Made by a program: the position numbers and the translations under genes. A stretch of 64,000 nt of DNA from positions 160,001 through 224,000 of the forward strand of contig JACQID010000006.1 of assembly GCA_016198685.1 (NCBI GenBank), written 5' to 3'. This stretch comes from Candidatus Aenigmatarchaeota archaeon (GTDB lineage: Archaea > Aenigmatarchaeota > Aenigmatarchaeia > GW2011-AR5). Shown here in pieces: positions 8,741-18,959 of the stretch; position 1 is the stretch's first letter, and each line of letters starts with the position of its first letter. The notes under the pieces were generated by a model, which had not been told where the DNA came from, did not search any database, and saw only the letters and a program-made list of their open reading frames with translations.

Positions 8741-11035
8741 CTAACCAAATCTTTTGAGCCCGTTAGCAAGAAGCTCTTGCTGCTTGTAGCCAAGCGTTTG
8801 TAGAATGCGGAACGCCGCTGGCAAGATTTGATTATTGATGTAATAATCGGCATCATAGTCATCCTTACCCGTCTTGTATGCAAGCTCTGCACGGTCTGAT
8901 ATGGAGCCTGCGCCCTTCTTTATAACATAGCTGAATATCGTGCCTTCTGCGGCAGCTTTTCCTTCCTCGTTAAGTTTTCGCGCGATCACGGAATGTATAT
9001 TTTTGGTTTTGTACTGGCCGGCCGAGCGGGAGAGTTGCGTGCTTATTGCTATCTCATCAATGTCGACTTGCCGGTTCTTTACCTTCTTGACAGTTGTTCT
9101 GACGGCTTCAAGCGCTTCTTTTTCCTTTCCTTCAAGGACCAATCTAATTACTTCGCGCTGGAGGCTCTTTGCAAGATCGCACCAATCGCGGCGCACGGCT
9201 TCGAGACCGCGCAGGGTTATAATTCCTTTCTCATCCATAAGCGCATAGCGCTTCTTGGCAGTGTAGCCTTCAAGTTTTTGCGGGATAAACATGCCTTTGA
9301 TGTAGAATCCTTGCAGATCCAGTTCCATTATTCCAGGGAGGCTTGCATTTATTTTTTTCAGAAAATCTTTGGCGCTTTTTTTGATGTCTTTTTCGTCAGC
9401 CAGCTTGACAAAAAGGGAGTCCGTGTCGGCGTAAATGACCAAGAACCCGTATTTTTCCGCTTCATCTATTGCCTGTTTTATGTAATGCCTGCCATAAGCA
9501 GCCGAGGATTCAGCGCACTCGTAACTGTACCATCTGGCTTTAGGATTAATGAACATGCCGTAGGTTGCATTCGCCAGTATCTTTAGACTGAACTGTTGTT
9601 CGTCCAGTTCTTTTCTATTCTTGGCATTCTTTATCTTCTTCCTTATCTTGCCTCTTTCCTCCAGTATGCTTTCCACCATTTCAGAAACGAACCCTTTCTT
9701 GTCGGCGCAAAACTTATAACGGAATCCGGGCACGTGATTGTATTTCTTGCATTTGATGTTCAGCATCTCTGGTGATATATTGAACGTGACTATGACGCTA
9801 GGATACAAGGAGCGGAAATCGAACACTCCTATGTTCGAGTGAAGCCCTTTCATAGGCTCCTTCACATAGCCGCCTTTTATCGGAACTTTCGCCCGCCTTC
9901 TTTGTATTTCAGCATAGTGGGCAGGGTTCGGGGAAATCATGTTCCTTTCCGCCGCCTTACGGATAAGATACCATTCGGACAAGGCGCCAAAAGTCATGCG
10001 TGAGCAATCGAAAGGCAATTGGCCTGAAACTCTCGATAACGTGAATATTTGCGTGAGAAGATTCTTACATAAGTCAAGCGTGAGCAGGGAATCGTTCATG
10101 CAGTAATCTTCCATCAATTTCCTCTTGTTTTTCCACATGTTTGCCAGCTCTTCCAAGGAAATGGACTCCTTGCCTCGGCCAAGAATTTCTCGTGAAACTT
10201 CGTCAAGCGTGAATACTTCAGACTGTAATTGCTGAAACATCAGGCGGCTGACAAATGCAAAAAGATCAATATGTATGCGCCCTTTTATCTTGGCCGATGA
10301 TGTCCACATGCTTTTTCTGAAATACAGAGAGCTGCCATCTCGCGAGAGCATTAGTTTTATCTTATTTGCCTGAGATCTTTGATTGAGGATGTCGAAATCA
10401 AACAAGTCTCCGTTGTAGGTGGCCACTATGTCCGGATCGCGCTCCAAAAATGTCCTACTTATTTTTTCGAGCACAGCCTTTTCATCTTCGGATGAAAAGA
10501 CTTCTCTGTAGCCTATGTTATCCGCGGCGCTGAACATCACTATTCTGCCGTCTATGACTTCGATATCCAGTGCCATAATCTTGGGCTGCCCAAGGATCCC
10601 GTTCTTCGTTTTCTTGATACGTTCAGCTTCGATAACCGTTGCGAAGCCTTCCCCTTTGCGTGACGGACCCTTGATGTCCAGCCATTCAAGAGGATAGATT
10701 CCCTTGTCGATCAGGTAGCGTTTGTAAAGATTCAAAGAATATTCAAAACATTCGGTCCTGTCTTTTATCATCTCTCTTACTTCTGCCGGACGCTCGCAGT
10801 AAATCTTATAGAAAGACTTTTCCCTTCCGTTAATGATTTTTTTTGTCAGCTCGGTTCGTTTTATTTCTTTTATTTTTTCCAGTTCCGCCTTGAGACCCTT
10901 CTTGCAAAAGGCATAGAAATATGGCTCTATACTGTCCAGAACCATTACGGAATTTCCTTTGTCGTCTGTACCAAAAAGACGGACGTTTGGCTTCTCACTT
11001 GACGAATAATCTGCATCGAAAAGGCAAAACTTCAT
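8741..11035 (-). CDS. polB: Family B DNA polymerase
   Basis: ExoI DIE, ExoII YNGDLFD, DFRSLYPS, KILANATYG, YADTDS and KKRYA motifs. Confidence 0.97.
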   Translation of the reverse strand: MKFCLFDADYSSSEKPNVRLFGTDDKGNSVMVLDSIEPYFYAFCKKGLKAELEKIKEIKRTELTKKIINGREKSFYKIYCERPAEVREMIKDRTECFEYSLNLYKRYLIDKGIYPLEWLDIKGPSRKGEGFATVIEAERIKKTKNGILGQPKIMALDIEVIDGRIVMFSAADNIGYREVFSSEDEKAVLEKISRTFLERDPDIVATYNGDLFDFDILNQRSQANKIKLMLSRDGSSLYFRKSMWTSSAKIKGRIHIDLFAFVSRLMFQQLQSEVFTLDEVSREILGRGKESISLEELANMWKNKRKLMEDYCMNDSLLTLDLCKNLLTQIFTLSRVSGQLPFDCSRMTFGALSEWYLIRKAAERNMISPNPAHYAEIQRRRAKVPIKGGYVKEPMKGLHSNIGVFDFRSLYPSVIVTFNISPEMLNIKCKKYNHVPGFRYKFCADKKGFVSEMVESILEERGKIRKKIKNAKNRKELDEQQFSLKILANATYGMFINPKARWYSYECAESSAAYGRHYIKQAIDEAEKYGFLVIYADTDSLFVKLADEKDIKKSAKDFLKKINASLPGIMELDLQGFYIKGMFIPQKLEGYTAKKRYALMDEKGIITLRGLEAVRRDWCDLAKSLQREVIRLVLEGKEKEALEAVRTTVKKVKNRQVDIDEIAISTQLSRSAGQYKTKNIHSVIARKLNEEGKAAAEGTIFSYVIKKGAGSISDRAELAYKTGKDDYDADYYINNQILPAAFRILQTLGYKQQELLANGLKRFG

Positions 11036-11065
11036 GATTATGTTTCGTTTAGGATGGTAAAAAGG

Positions 11066-13834
11066 TTAGCGCCAGTATTTACTTGTTCTTACGAACGTTT
11101 TTTCTGCTTCGAGCACATCCTTGTATAAACCGCTTCGTTTGACATGAAGCCTTGCGAGTATGCGTGCTGCTGTTTCCGGCCCAACGCCGCGGCCGGCCAT
11201 AGCTTCAACTGCCTTCTTTCCGTAAACTATCACGAGGTCGGCCGTGCGGCGTAGGCGGGCGAACTCCTTCATTTCCTCCTCTGTCATTTCTTTTCGTGTC
11301 TTCTTTTTCTTAATCAGTGCCTGCGCATCGGTGTTGTTCTTATGAGTCACGGCGATCAAATGCGCCCCGCATTTTGGGCATTCAGGCTGTTTTTCCACGT
11401 CTCTTACAGACGTTTCTATGGAATAATCATAGCAATTCATGCACAGAAGCCTTACTCGGGTTCCAAGAAGCCTGCGCTTGAAGATTTTTTCTATTTCTTC
11501 TGCAGGGAGTGCGGGCTTCATTATTTCCGAGAACTGATGAACAAGGCCCAGCTCCCCGAGATGCGACAGCCCTTCGCGCAGGACAAGCTTGATGCGTCCC
11601 TCTTGAATCGCGAGTATCTGGCGCTCTGCTCCTGCGATATCCATCTTCTCGAGGAAAAGCTCATTCATGGCCTCTTTGTATATGGGGGATTCTGCATATG
11701 CCGCTATGAGTTTATTGAGATGTATGCGCTGGAAATCGGCGCGCTTGGTTACTGCCCCGAAACGTTTGGCGACATGCAGGAAGCGCCACTTGAACATCGA
11801 GCTTCGTTCCAGCTCGCTGCGCAGGACAGGTTCTATCTCAACCGCTTTTTCAAGCAATTGTTTGACCTTCTCTTTTGTCCATGCCGCTTGAAGCATTATG
11901 CGGTAAGGGTCTGTCTTGATATTAACAGATATTCCGGTTTCTCTGCTTATTGTCGCTGCAAGATAGCGGCCTATCGTGTCGTTGATGAGAGAGCCGGATG
12001 CAGAGTGTATGATGACAAAGTCCTTGTAGCTTTCTATGAGGAAGTTCTCGTGGTCAGGCACGAAATCCTGCCTGGATATTATTTCCTTCATCTTCTTTGC
12101 TGCCTCGTAGTCGGTTCTGCATTTCTTCATGATTTCATTCTCATCATGCGACTTGACAAAAGAACGCAATCGACCGACATCCTGCGCAACTTCGAAAGGC
12201 ACGGGGATAAGTTCGCCTTCCCATGCAGGAATGGCGCTTTCTATGTCCTGTATCGGCTCCACTACAACCCGGTCTTTTTCCACCTGCACGACTTTCCACG
12301 CCCGGCCTGAACATATGAATTTCTCTCCGGGAAGCCCGTGTTCCGCTACGAATTCCTCATCCAACGAACCTATGGGTTCGTTGCCGATGATTGAAACTAC
12401 CCGGTATTGCCTTGTGTCCGGAATCGTTGAAAGATTTGTAAAATAGTAATTCCATGCCTTCATTCTTCTTTTTATTACAAGGTCCGCAGGCGTTTCGTTT
12501 ATCCATATCATCCTGAGGCTTTCCATGAAACGGACAACTTCTGTGAATTCTCTTTCAGTGAGATTCCTGTAAGGATAACTTCTTTTTACTAGGGAATACA
12601 TCTTGGACAGAGGCGTTTCATATTCGTCCATTGTCATGCCGATTATCTGGTTGCCGAGTACGTCCAGCGCCATCTCATGAAGCTTTATCCCTTCGAGCCT
12701 TTTTTCTGCGGCAAATTTGCCTACTATGGCAGATTCAAAAAGATCCTCATCGCCGGACATTATGATGCCCTTGCTTATGCGATTTATGTTATGCCCGCTT
12801 CTGCCTACACGTTGGATAAGGCGTGCTACTTGACGAGGCGACATATACTGGACTACCAGATCAACTGCACCGATGTCTATGCCGAGCTCAAGCGAGGAAG
12901 TCGCAATGAGGCTTTTCAGTTCTTCCTTCTTGAATGCGATTTCGCTTTTTATTCTGCTTTCCTTGGAGAGCGAGCCGTGGTGCACAGCGTGCTTGAGTTC
13001 CTTGTCAAGGGTAGCGAGCCTTGACGAAAGTACCTCGGCGGTTTCCCTTGTATTTGTGAATATGATGACGCTCTTGTGGGACGTTATAAGTTCCCGCAGC
13101 CTTCTTAAGCGCGCTGTAGTTTCGGGTCCTATAGCAAGCTCCTCAGATAATTCCATGTCCTCTTTTTTTGGATTTGCGAATTCAACGCTTATGTCATATT
13201 GTTTGTCGGCATCGGCCCGAATTATGATCGTTTTGGGCCCTATAAACTCCGCCACAAGTTCGGGGGAACCTATAGTTGCAGAGAGCCCTATTCTCTGGAA
13301 CCCGGAAGAAAGTTCCCGTAATCTTTCCAAGCCTAATGCAAGTTGGATTCCTCGTTTGCTCCCGACGAGTTCGTGTATTTCATCAATAACGACATAACGT
13401 ACATTTTTCATATGTTCTCGGAATTTTTTTCCAGTAAGCACGGCCTGGAGCGACTCGGGAGTGGTTATCAAAATTTTTGGGGGCATATCGCGTTGTGACG
13501 TCCTTTCCCTTGCAGGCGTGTCTCCATGCCGGACTGCTATTTCAACGTCCAGCTTGTCTCCCCATGAAAATAACCTGTCAAGAAGGTCTCGATTGAGGCT
13601 TCTCAATGGCGTTATGTAAAGAGCTGCAACAGGCGGCAGCTCCTTCTGGCTTATCATGTCAAGAAGAGGCAGAAATACCGTCTCGGTTTTGCCCATGCCG
13701 GTCGGGCTGATTATAAGGACATCGCTTCCTTTCAATATTTCAGGTATCCCCATCTTCTGGGGCAGCGTAGGCTCAATGAAACCTTTCTCTTTGATGAGTT
13801 TCTGCATCTTTGCGGAAAATAAGTTGAAGGGCAT
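11066..13834 (-). CDS. lhr: Lhr-family SF2 helicase with C-terminal Zn finger
   Basis: PTGMGKT, DEIH, SAT, SLELGIDIG and QRVGRSGH motifs; C-terminal CxxC...CPxC. Confidence 0.93.
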   Translation of the reverse strand: MPFNLFSAKMQKLIKEKGFIEPTLPQKMGIPEILKGSDVLIISPTGMGKTETVFLPLLDMISQKELPPVAALYITPLRSLNRDLLDRLFSWGDKLDVEIAVRHGDTPARERTSQRDMPPKILITTPESLQAVLTGKKFREHMKNVRYVVIDEIHELVGSKRGIQLALGLERLRELSSGFQRIGLSATIGSPELVAEFIGPKTIIIRADADKQYDISVEFANPKKEDMELSEELAIGPETTARLRRLRELITSHKSVIIFTNTRETAEVLSSRLATLDKELKHAVHHGSLSKESRIKSEIAFKKEELKSLIATSSLELGIDIGAVDLVVQYMSPRQVARLIQRVGRSGHNINRISKGIIMSGDEDLFESAIVGKFAAEKRLEGIKLHEMALDVLGNQIIGMTMDEYETPLSKMYSLVKRSYPYRNLTEREFTEVVRFMESLRMIWINETPADLVIKRRMKAWNYYFTNLSTIPDTRQYRVVSIIGNEPIGSLDEEFVAEHGLPGEKFICSGRAWKVVQVEKDRVVVEPIQDIESAIPAWEGELIPVPFEVAQDVGRLRSFVKSHDENEIMKKCRTDYEAAKKMKEIISRQDFVPDHENFLIESYKDFVIIHSASGSLINDTIGRYLAATISRETGISVNIKTDPYRIMLQAAWTKEKVKQLLEKAVEIEPVLRSELERSSMFKWRFLHVAKRFGAVTKRADFQRIHLNKLIAAYAESPIYKEAMNELFLEKMDIAGAERQILAIQEGRIKLVLREGLSHLGELGLVHQFSEIMKPALPAEEIEKIFKRRLLGTRVRLLCMNCYDYSIETSVRDVEKQPECPKCGAHLIAVTHKNNTDAQALIKKKKTRKEMTEEEMKEFARLRRTADLVIVYGKKAVEAMAGRGVGPETAARILARLHVKRSGLYKDVLEAEKTFVRTSKYWR

Positions 13835-13900
13835 AGTAATCTCTGGATATAATATAGGCGATAAAGATTAAAGCGGGACGCGGCAATGGCAATAAATGCG

Positions 13901-14602
13901 TTATTTGATCGCCAAATCGCGTATTGGCCCAAGGTCAGTGCCGTCCAAAAGCACGGCTCTTGCATCGTGAATATGCCTTGCTATCGGACCCATGAACTGT
14001 TTTGTTTCGTTGACCGGCTCCTTGCCCGACAGTTCGTTGAATGCTGGCATTATTATAAGGTCGTGAGTTTTCTCAAGTTTCACTTTGCCAAGAATCCACG
14101 CGGGTTCCACATAAATTGCCCCGAACCGGTCGCGGAATTTCACCCCCGGATGATTATGCCCCATCACTATCGTGCGTTTCTTCGTTGCAATATTTCGGTG
14201 ACCATGAGTAAAAATATAATCATCTACGGAGAAAGACTTTTTCACTCTGACACGCTCCTTATCCTCTATGAGCGTTTCTATACGTCCGTCATGGTTCCCT
14301 TTCGTTATGATTATTTTCTCAAAATCAAGCTTCCTCAATATTTCCGGAACCTCGCGCTGTTCGGCATAGGAAATCCATGGAATACTGTGCTTGAAATCCC
14401 CTGCAACTATCAAATTTTTCGTATTGGTCTGTTTTTTTAATTCATTGAGTTTCGCGGAAAGCCTGCTTATTTGTGATGGAAGCGAAACGCCGGCCTTGGC
14501 AATCTCTCTGCTTATGCCAATGTGAAGATCCGTTATCACGAGATATTCACCGACAAACAATGCCGGCTCGTTATATACGAACATAAACCTAAGTTTTTTC
14601 AT
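13901..14602 (-). CDS. Lhr-associated metallophosphoesterase
   Basis: DLHIG, GDFKH, GNHD, HGH and GHNHP motifs; lies directly upstream of lhr. Confidence 0.9.
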   Translation of the reverse strand: MKKLRFMFVYNEPALFVGEYLVITDLHIGISREIAKAGVSLPSQISRLSAKLNELKKQTNTKNLIVAGDFKHSIPWISYAEQREVPEILRKLDFEKIIITKGNHDGRIETLIEDKERVRVKKSFSVDDYIFTHGHRNIATKKRTIVMGHNHPGVKFRDRFGAIYVEPAWILGKVKLEKTHDLIIMPAFNELSGKEPVNETKQFMGPIARHIHDARAVLLDGTDLGPIRDLAIK

Positions 14603-14683
14603 TTCATTTAAGCAGTAGAATATTAAATATTTTATTTAATAATCATATAAATCTTTTAATAATAGTGAAAGCGATATAACAGC

Positions 14684-15094
14684 ATGGGAAAAGCAACTCT
14701 CGGCATGGCTGCAGTCTTTTTGATGCTGCCTTTTGCATATGCCCTCCAGCTTGATGTAGGCAGCGTTGAGATAACTCCTGGCGGAATTGTGGAAAAAGTA
14801 ATATCGCAATTCCCGTACGGAGGAATAAAGGGAACTGCCAAGGCCCCTGTCGGAGGCACGGATCTCATACCGGACTCTGTGTGGCTGCTGCCGGGCAATT
14901 ATACAATGGAGCAATTCAAGTATATTGAGTTGCTTTCGTTGCCGTCGGCCCTTAACCTCACAGGCAACTGCAAAACTTCCGTTTACTACAACGATACCGC
15001 CAGCGTGCACGCATACAAAGTAAGCGTCAAAGAAGACGGAAGCTACTGCCTTGCCGCGACAGAAGGGACATACAGGGTAGTGGTGGAGTATTGA
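14684..15094 (+). CDS. Secreted hypothetical protein
   Basis: N-terminal signal peptide ending ...PFAYA. Confidence 0.7.
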   Translation: MGKATLGMAAVFLMLPFAYALQLDVGSVEITPGGIVEKVISQFPYGGIKGTAKAPVGGTDLIPDSVWLLPGNYTMEQFKYIELLSLPSALNLTGNCKTSVYYNDTASVHAYKVSVKEDGSYCLAATEGTYRVVVEY

Positions 15095-15234
15095 ACCTCA
15101 AAGCCGCGTTTCTTTTGGCCCTACTGGCCCTCGTTTTATTTTATCTGCAGCCCACAGGACATGTAGTATTTGGATCGCATGAATCTGGCATGGTCACAAT
15201 AGAAGCCGGGAAAATAATAATCGTTAATTTGTAA
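15091..15234 (+). CDS. Small secreted/membrane peptide (47 aa, TTG start)
   Basis: Hand translation MNLKAAFLLALLALVLFYLQPTGHVVFG...; overlaps the upstream stop (TTGA); TM segment followed by TGxVV. Confidence 0.45.
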   Translation: MNLKAAFLLALLALVLFYLQPTGHVVFGSHESGMVTIEAGKIIIVNL

Positions 15235-15236
15235 TT

Positions 15237-15788
15237 TTATGAAAATGTCTTCAGTATATCTGCTCGCGTGATAATGCCTTCTGTATGACCCTTGCTTGCT
15301 ACGAGCAGGCAGGAACTATATTCAAGCATGGCAGTCAGCATACCAACATCTGCATCCGGTCCTATGGTCGGAGGGGCTTCGGACATGACGTCATTGACGC
15401 TCATGCGGTTCGGATCATTGCCTATGGATGACGCAATATCCTTCTCGCTTATCAATCCTATGACTTTGCCGTTTTCCAGAACCGGAAGCTGGGAAATACC
15501 CCTTCTTTTCATGATTCTTGCCGCATGCGATACCGTTTCAGATGGGGAGATAAAAATTATTTTTTTTGACATAATATCCATGGCATGGAAAGCGCCTGAG
15601 CTTTTCTTTGATGATTCAAGCGCCGAGAATATTTTTTCGGCCTTTGAAAAGGACGGATCGGTTTTGCCAGTTTCAATTCTGGCAATAAGCGGCTGGCTTA
15701 TGCCGCTTACTTCAGAAAGCTTCTGCTGCGTCATGCCGAGGCTTTTTCGTATTCTTCGAATGTCCGCCAGCTTAATATTTTTATGCAT
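15237..15788 (-). CDS. XRE HTH + CBS-pair transcriptional regulator
   Basis: RKSLGMTQQKLSEVSGISQPLIARIETG HTH followed by two CBS domains. Confidence 0.9.
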   Translation of the reverse strand: MHKNIKLADIRRIRKSLGMTQQKLSEVSGISQPLIARIETGKTDPSFSKAEKIFSALESSKKSSGAFHAMDIMSKKIIFISPSETVSHAARIMKRRGISQLPVLENGKVIGLISEKDIASSIGNDPNRMSVNDVMSEAPPTIGPDADVGMLTAMLEYSSCLLVASKGHTEGIITRADILKTFS

Positions 15789-15840
15789 TTTAGCATATTC
15801 TTTCTGATAAATATAAATAAAGAATATGCCATAAAGACAA

Positions 15841-16980
15841 ATGGAAAAGAACTATTTTACTTCCGAATCGGTAACCGAAGGCCACCCGGACAAGTTGTGT
15901 GACCAGGTATCCGACGCAATACTTGACGAAGCATTGCGACAGGATCCTGAGAGCAGGGTGGCCATAGAAACGGGCGCCAAGAACGGCGGTATAACGGTTT
16001 TCGGTGAAATGACTACGCGTGGTTACATAGACGTTTCTCGTGTAGCACGAGAAGTAATACGCAAAATCGGATATACCAAATCCGAATATGGCATAGAATG
16101 GGAAACCTGCTCAGTATGGACCCAGATAACTGAGCAGTCTCCAAACATTGCCCAGGGTGTTGACCAGAAGGAACAAGGCGCCGGGGATCAGGGAATGATG
16201 TTTGGCTATGCATGCCGCGAGACAGATGAATTGATGCCTTTGCCGATAACGTTAGCGCATAAGTTAACCATGCGCCTTGCCGAAGCAAGGAAGAAGGGCG
16301 AGATATCATACTTAAGGCCTGACGGGAAGTCGCAGGTAACAATAGAATACGTTGACGGGCTTCCGAAAAGAGCCGATGCAATAGTAATTTCAACGCAGCA
16401 CGATGATGGAGTGCCGTATGAAAATATAAAGGCAGACATACTGGAGAAGGTCATAAAACCCGTTTGCGGAAAATGGATGGACAACAGCACAAAAATATTT
16501 ATAAATCCTACAGGCAGTTTTGTTCGCGGCGGACCCTACGCTGATGCAGGCCTGACAGGCAGGAAAATAATAGTCGATACATACGGTGGCATGGGCCGAC
16601 ACGGAGGAGGCTGCTTCTCCGGAAAAGACCCTTCAAAAGTCGACAGGTCCGCGGCATATGCTGCCCGTTACGTGGCGAAGAATGTTGTCGCGGCAGGTCT
16701 TGCAGACAAGTGCGAAATCCAGATTGCTTATGCCATAGGAGTTGCCGAACCAGTTTCCGTCTTTGTTGACTGTTTCGGGACAGAAAAAATCAGCAAGGAA
16801 AAAATCTCGGAACTCGTTAGAAAGCATTTCCCCCTCAAACCGGCTCAAATAATATCTTCATTCGGCCTGAAAACCCCTATATACCTCAAAACCGCGGCTT
16901 ATGGTCATTTTGGAAGGCCGGAATTCCCGTGGGAAAAAACAGACAAGGCCGAAATTCTTAGGAAAGAGACAGGCATTTAG
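15841..16980 (+). CDS. metK: S-adenosylmethionine synthetase, bacterial/eukaryal type
   Basis: [32 protein letters not shown] and [16 protein letters not shown] motifs. Confidence 0.97.
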   Translation: MEKNYFTSESVTEGHPDKLCDQVSDAILDEALRQDPESRVAIETGAKNGGITVFGEMTTRGYIDVSRVAREVIRKIGYTKSEYGIEWETCSVWTQITEQSPNIAQGVDQKEQGAGDQGMMFGYACRETDELMPLPITLAHKLTMRLAEARKKGEISYLRPDGKSQVTIEYVDGLPKRADAIVISTQHDDGVPYENIKADILEKVIKPVCGKWMDNSTKIFINPTGSFVRGGPYADAGLTGRKIIVDTYGGMGRHGGGCFSGKDPSKVDRSAAYAARYVAKNVVAAGLADKCEIQIAYAIGVAEPVSVFVDCFGTEKISKEKISELVRKHFPLKPAQIISSFGLKTPIYLKTAAYGHFGRPEFPWEKTDKAEILRKETGI

Positions 16981-17029
16981 TCTTTGCCAATATTTAGCTA
17001 TTTATATTGTCCTTGCTAAAGATGTACTT

Positions 17030-17488
17030 ATGAAAGGAATTACGCCTGTCATCTCCACAATATTGCTGCTCCTCATAACCGTTTCTCTTATTGGCGCCGT
17101 ATACATGTTCTTTATAAGTCAGACAGAGTTGACGACAAAGGGCGTAGAAGAAGGGACGCAGAATACGCTTAACGCGCTTAACACCAAAATAAGAATCGTT
17201 TTCGTGGAGCCAGGTTCTTCTGGCGAACCCTTAAAAATATACGTCCGAAACACAGGTACAGTTACTATCAGGGACTCTGATACAACCGCTCCGTCACTTG
17301 ACAGAATACTCACTGTCTTTGTCGACGGCGTGCCTAAAGACGGGAGCTGGCTAGATTCGAGTGGCAGTTCGGAGACCAACGAGATAACCGTGGGAAGCAC
17401 GGTGCTTTTCCAGACCGATGAAGACATAGATTCCTGCGAGGCAGTCAAGATAGATACGCCAGGGCAGTCCGCAGCAGCAACGTGCTGA
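17030..17488 (+). CDS. Archaeal type IV pilin-like protein (class III signal peptide)
   Basis: MKG/ITPVISTILLLLITV N-terminus; start set at ATG 17030 (the ORF track starts at 16901). Confidence 0.85.
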   Translation: MKGITPVISTILLLLITVSLIGAVYMFFISQTELTTKGVEEGTQNTLNALNTKIRIVFVEPGSSGEPLKIYVRNTGTVTIRDSDTTAPSLDRILTVFVDGVPKDGSWLDSSGSSETNEITVGSTVLFQTDEDIDSCEAVKIDTPGQSAAATC

Positions 17489-18307
17489 TCATTGCTGCAA
17501 GCTTTTCCAGATTTTTGATATACGAGTCTTGGCTTCTTCAATCTCTGCCGGATCGGCAGATGCAAATCTTCGTTGTATTGAGAAATAATTTTCAACGGCA
17601 ACTGAAGTGGGCAGGGAATTGATTTCCGTTTTGCCTGATGTTACCTCATAAAGCGGCCATGCTTTGCTTTCTACTGCAGTGCGAGCAATTTCGACAGAGA
17701 GCGATGTGTCAAAACCCCATTTATCAGGGCAAGGTGTCAAAACTTCTATGTATTTTGTGCCTGAAAGAGACACGGCCTTTTTCATCTTTTTTATAAAGTC
17801 CGATGGATGTGAAATCGAAGCTGTTGCAGCATAATCTGCGTAACGGGAAATCACTCTTGCAAGGCTTTCTGAATAGATGCCTGTTGATTGATTGTTATAG
17901 CAGACATAAATTATATTGCTCTTGGAACGCACCGCGTCCATGATGCTTTCAAGGTGTTCTGTTGTGGCTCCGTCGCCTGCATATACTATGACAAGGTCAG
18001 AAGTGTTTTTTGATATTGCCCGGGCAACTGCAGCAGCGTTTCTACCTGCACCGACAAAAGGCACGGAAACATAAGAATTGGGATATTTGGCAAGAAGGGC
18101 TATCTCGCCCGATGAATGAACAACTATGCCCTTTCCTACTGCATGCAGGGCTATTTTTAATGCAAGAAGCTCGCCGCATCCTATGCAGCCGTGATTGCCG
18201 GTAATGAAAGTTTTGCCATTTTCCAAGATTTCCTTCAATATAGGATCTATAGAAACTTTTTCTTCCGCGACTTCCTCAATTTCCATATCATCTTCCATAC
18301 ATATCAC
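17489..18307 (-). CDS. 2-oxoacid:ferredoxin oxidoreductase beta-subunit-like, divergent
   Basis: HGCIGCGE, YAGDGA...YNNQ and TPCP motifs; several canonical segments are missing. Confidence 0.8.
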   Translation of the reverse strand: MICMEDDMEIEEVAEEKVSIDPILKEILENGKTFITGNHGCIGCGELLALKIALHAVGKGIVVHSSGEIALLAKYPNSYVSVPFVGAGRNAAAVARAISKNTSDLVIVYAGDGATTEHLESIMDAVRSKSNIIYVCYNNQSTGIYSESLARVISRYADYAATASISHPSDFIKKMKKAVSLSGTKYIEVLTPCPDKWGFDTSLSVEIARTAVESKAWPLYEVTSGKTEINSLPTSVAVENYFSIQRRFASADPAEIEEAKTRISKIWKSLQQ

Positions 18308-18735
18308 CCAAATTCCAAAAGACGTTCTAATAACTCTTGTTTCAGTTCTTTATATTTCTTAACAAGCTCAAGCACGCCCTCTTTGAGCTTGTCTTCCTGT
18401 CCTGATACAAAATACCATGTGGAATAATCCCCGAGCTTTTTTGGGAGCATGTAGCGTTTTATTCCCATGCCGCGTCTTGATGCAGTAAGGAATAGCTCGT
18501 TATGTTTGGGAAATTTATTCATCGAAGCTGCAGGCAGAGGACCGTTTTGTTTTATTTCGTCGACGAATGAATTAAGATTCCCCTCATCGGGTTTGCGCAG
18601 GCCGTTGACCCAATGGTAGCACGCAGAATAGGAAACTCCGAGTTGCCTCGCTATATCTTTTATTGCAATGCCCTGACCTGCCAATAAGACCGCTTTTTCG
18701 TAAAGCGCCGGATAAGCTTGCCTTCCTTGTCTCAT
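18304..18735 (-). CDS. HTH-domain hypothetical protein
   Basis: GIAIKDIARQLGVSYSACYHW helix-turn-helix. Confidence 0.7.
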   Translation of the reverse strand: MRQGRQAYPALYEKAVLLAGQGIAIKDIARQLGVSYSACYHWVNGLRKPDEGNLNSFVDEIKQNGPLPAASMNKFPKHNELFLTASRRGMGIKRYMLPKKLGDYSTWYFVSGQEDKLKEGVLELVKKYKELKQELLERLLEFG

Positions 18736-18959
18736 TTTTTCCCTCTACTTCGCATAGCCAGAGTAACAAATACGACTATTATGCCGAATAATACCACGGC
18801 AAGCGGCTCTCCGTACTCTTCCGTATGCCCGAAGAATTTCATGACAAGGTGAACTGCCATGCCGAACAATTCTGTTCCTTGTGCATAGAGCAGAAGGTAA
18901 ATATTTATGAATACTATAAGAGCCACTGCCGCAAGCACATACTTCATCATATGACCCAA
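18732..18959 (-). CDS. Small membrane protein
   Basis: Two hydrophobic segments; overlaps both neighbours as part of the operon. Confidence 0.6.
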   Translation of the reverse strand: MGHMMKYVLAAVALIVFINIYLLLYAQGTELFGMAVHLVMKFFGHTEEYGEPLAVVLFGIIVVFVTLAMRSRGKK

